Shown: one piece after another, positions 63,085-64,000 of the stretch
Numbering within the stretch: position 1 is the first letter of the stretch
How the letters are laid out: each line of letters begins with the position of its first letter
Source of the DNA: Octopus vulgaris
Taxonomy: Eukaryota
DNA: 64,000 bases
Direction: 5' to 3'
NCBI GenBank assembly: GCA_951406725.2
Contig: OX597839.1
Span: forward strand, 16,368,001 to 16,432,000
Program-made: the position numbers and the translations under genes
The notes under the pieces: model-generated
The model's database searches: none
Told to the model about the DNA's origin: nothing
What the model saw: the letters and a program-made list of their open reading frames with translations, nothing else

Positions 63085-63560
63085 TTCCATTAGTTTTCCA
63101 ACAAGACTCCAAGTGTACAAGATCCTGGTGAATTTGATCCTTCTGTATGGGTATGAGATCTGGACTCTTACAGCTGACATGGAGCAAAAAATTCAGTAAT
63201 TTGAGCACAAGTCCTTCACAAGGTTGTTACTCATCCCGTACACAGAGTACAAAACGTACGGCTTAGGCAGCAAATCAGTAAATACGCTGCCAGACAACAA
63301 TTCCTTGTGCAGGTAAAAAGACGGAAGCTTGCCTGGTAAACTCATGTATCCCGCTACAATTCCCTGCCCAAAACTATCCTTCAGGGTAGAGTTGAGGGAG
63401 GGCGAAGGAAAGACTGACAGAGAAAATCCTGGTTTGACAACATAAAGGACTGGTATGGTCACAACAGTGTGGATCTGTTGTGACCTGACAGCGAACAGAG
63501 TCCAGTGGCAACAGCTGACTACGAAAGCATGTAGAGTGGCAGCGCAACGACTGGCTGCAT
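63085..63560 (+). mobile_element. RTE-clade LINE 3' relic
   Basis: ISFPTRLQVYKILV..ILLYGYEIWTL...KIQ*FEHK, later KTILQGRVEGG.R...RKSWFDNIKDW in shifting frames. Confidence 0.8.
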
Positions 63561-63629
63561 CAGTCAAGGGGTCTTGGCAATGACCTTCAGGAGAAATTAT
63601 TATTGTTAAGGATTTTTGAACTTCAAAAC

Positions 63630-63845
63630 AATGGTTTCAAATTTTGGAACAAGCCCGGCAATTTTAAGTGAAGGGGCAAATCGATTAAAACGATCCCAGT
63701 GTTAAAACTGGTACTTATTTTATCTACCCCGAAAGAGATGAAAGGCAAAGTCGACATCGGCGAAATTCGAACCTCTGAACGTAAAATGTTCAGAAGAAAT
63801 GCAACGAAGCAGTTTGCCCGACTCGCTAAGCAATTCTACCAACGC
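63630..63845 (-). mobile_element. Family B SINE, diverged
   Basis: ccagtgttaaaactggtacttatt...gatgaaaggcaaagtcgacatcggcgaaattcgaac. Confidence 0.7.
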
Positions 63846-64000
63846 GCAAACTTTTATTGAACATCGACCAATAATTATTTTTAATTACTGCTTCTTTAAT
63901 TTTCTCATCGTTCGTTGTTTTAATTCTAGTCGGTGTGTAAAGTTAATATCCTAAACAAAACGCACTGGGAGTAAATTTACTTTTAAAATATTGCCAGAAC

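Overview
Eukaryotic, AT-rich, repeat-saturated DNA with no intact long host coding region. The tRNA-derived SINE families and the dense (TA)n/(CA)n/(TATG)n/(GATA)n microsatellites resemble octopod cephalopod (Octopus) genomes; this is an inference from recalled repeat sequences, not a database result. Almost all ORFs in the supplied track are microsatellite artefacts. Supportable content: three SINE families in many copies; LINE relics (Tx1/L1-like, R4/Dong, RTE); a decayed MULE with a 9-bp TSD; a decayed hAT with an 8-bp TSD; two Helitrons with exact termini, one carrying a PIF1 fragment and nested in a MITE whose empty copy is also in the window; mariner, MULE and hAT MITEs; and Penelope-like element (PLE) relics with GIY-YIG fragments. 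The strongest signal outside the ORF track is roughly 15 type-I hammerhead ribozyme (HHR) motifs, intact, variant or partial, from several unrelated families. They have palindromic stem III, lie mostly next to (TA)n tracts, and are often built into foldback inverted repeats (arms from about 36 to 464 bp) whose breakpoints recur in or near HHR stem II/GAAA. One 464-bp repeat carries a duplicated E-box/CCAAT/E2F module and a TATA box directly upstream of a variant HHR. One candidate host exon lies at 57544-57732. HHRs in PLEs are an established phenomenon; the density, core variants and breakpoint geometry seen here are the parts worth testing. All structures and alignments were read by eye.
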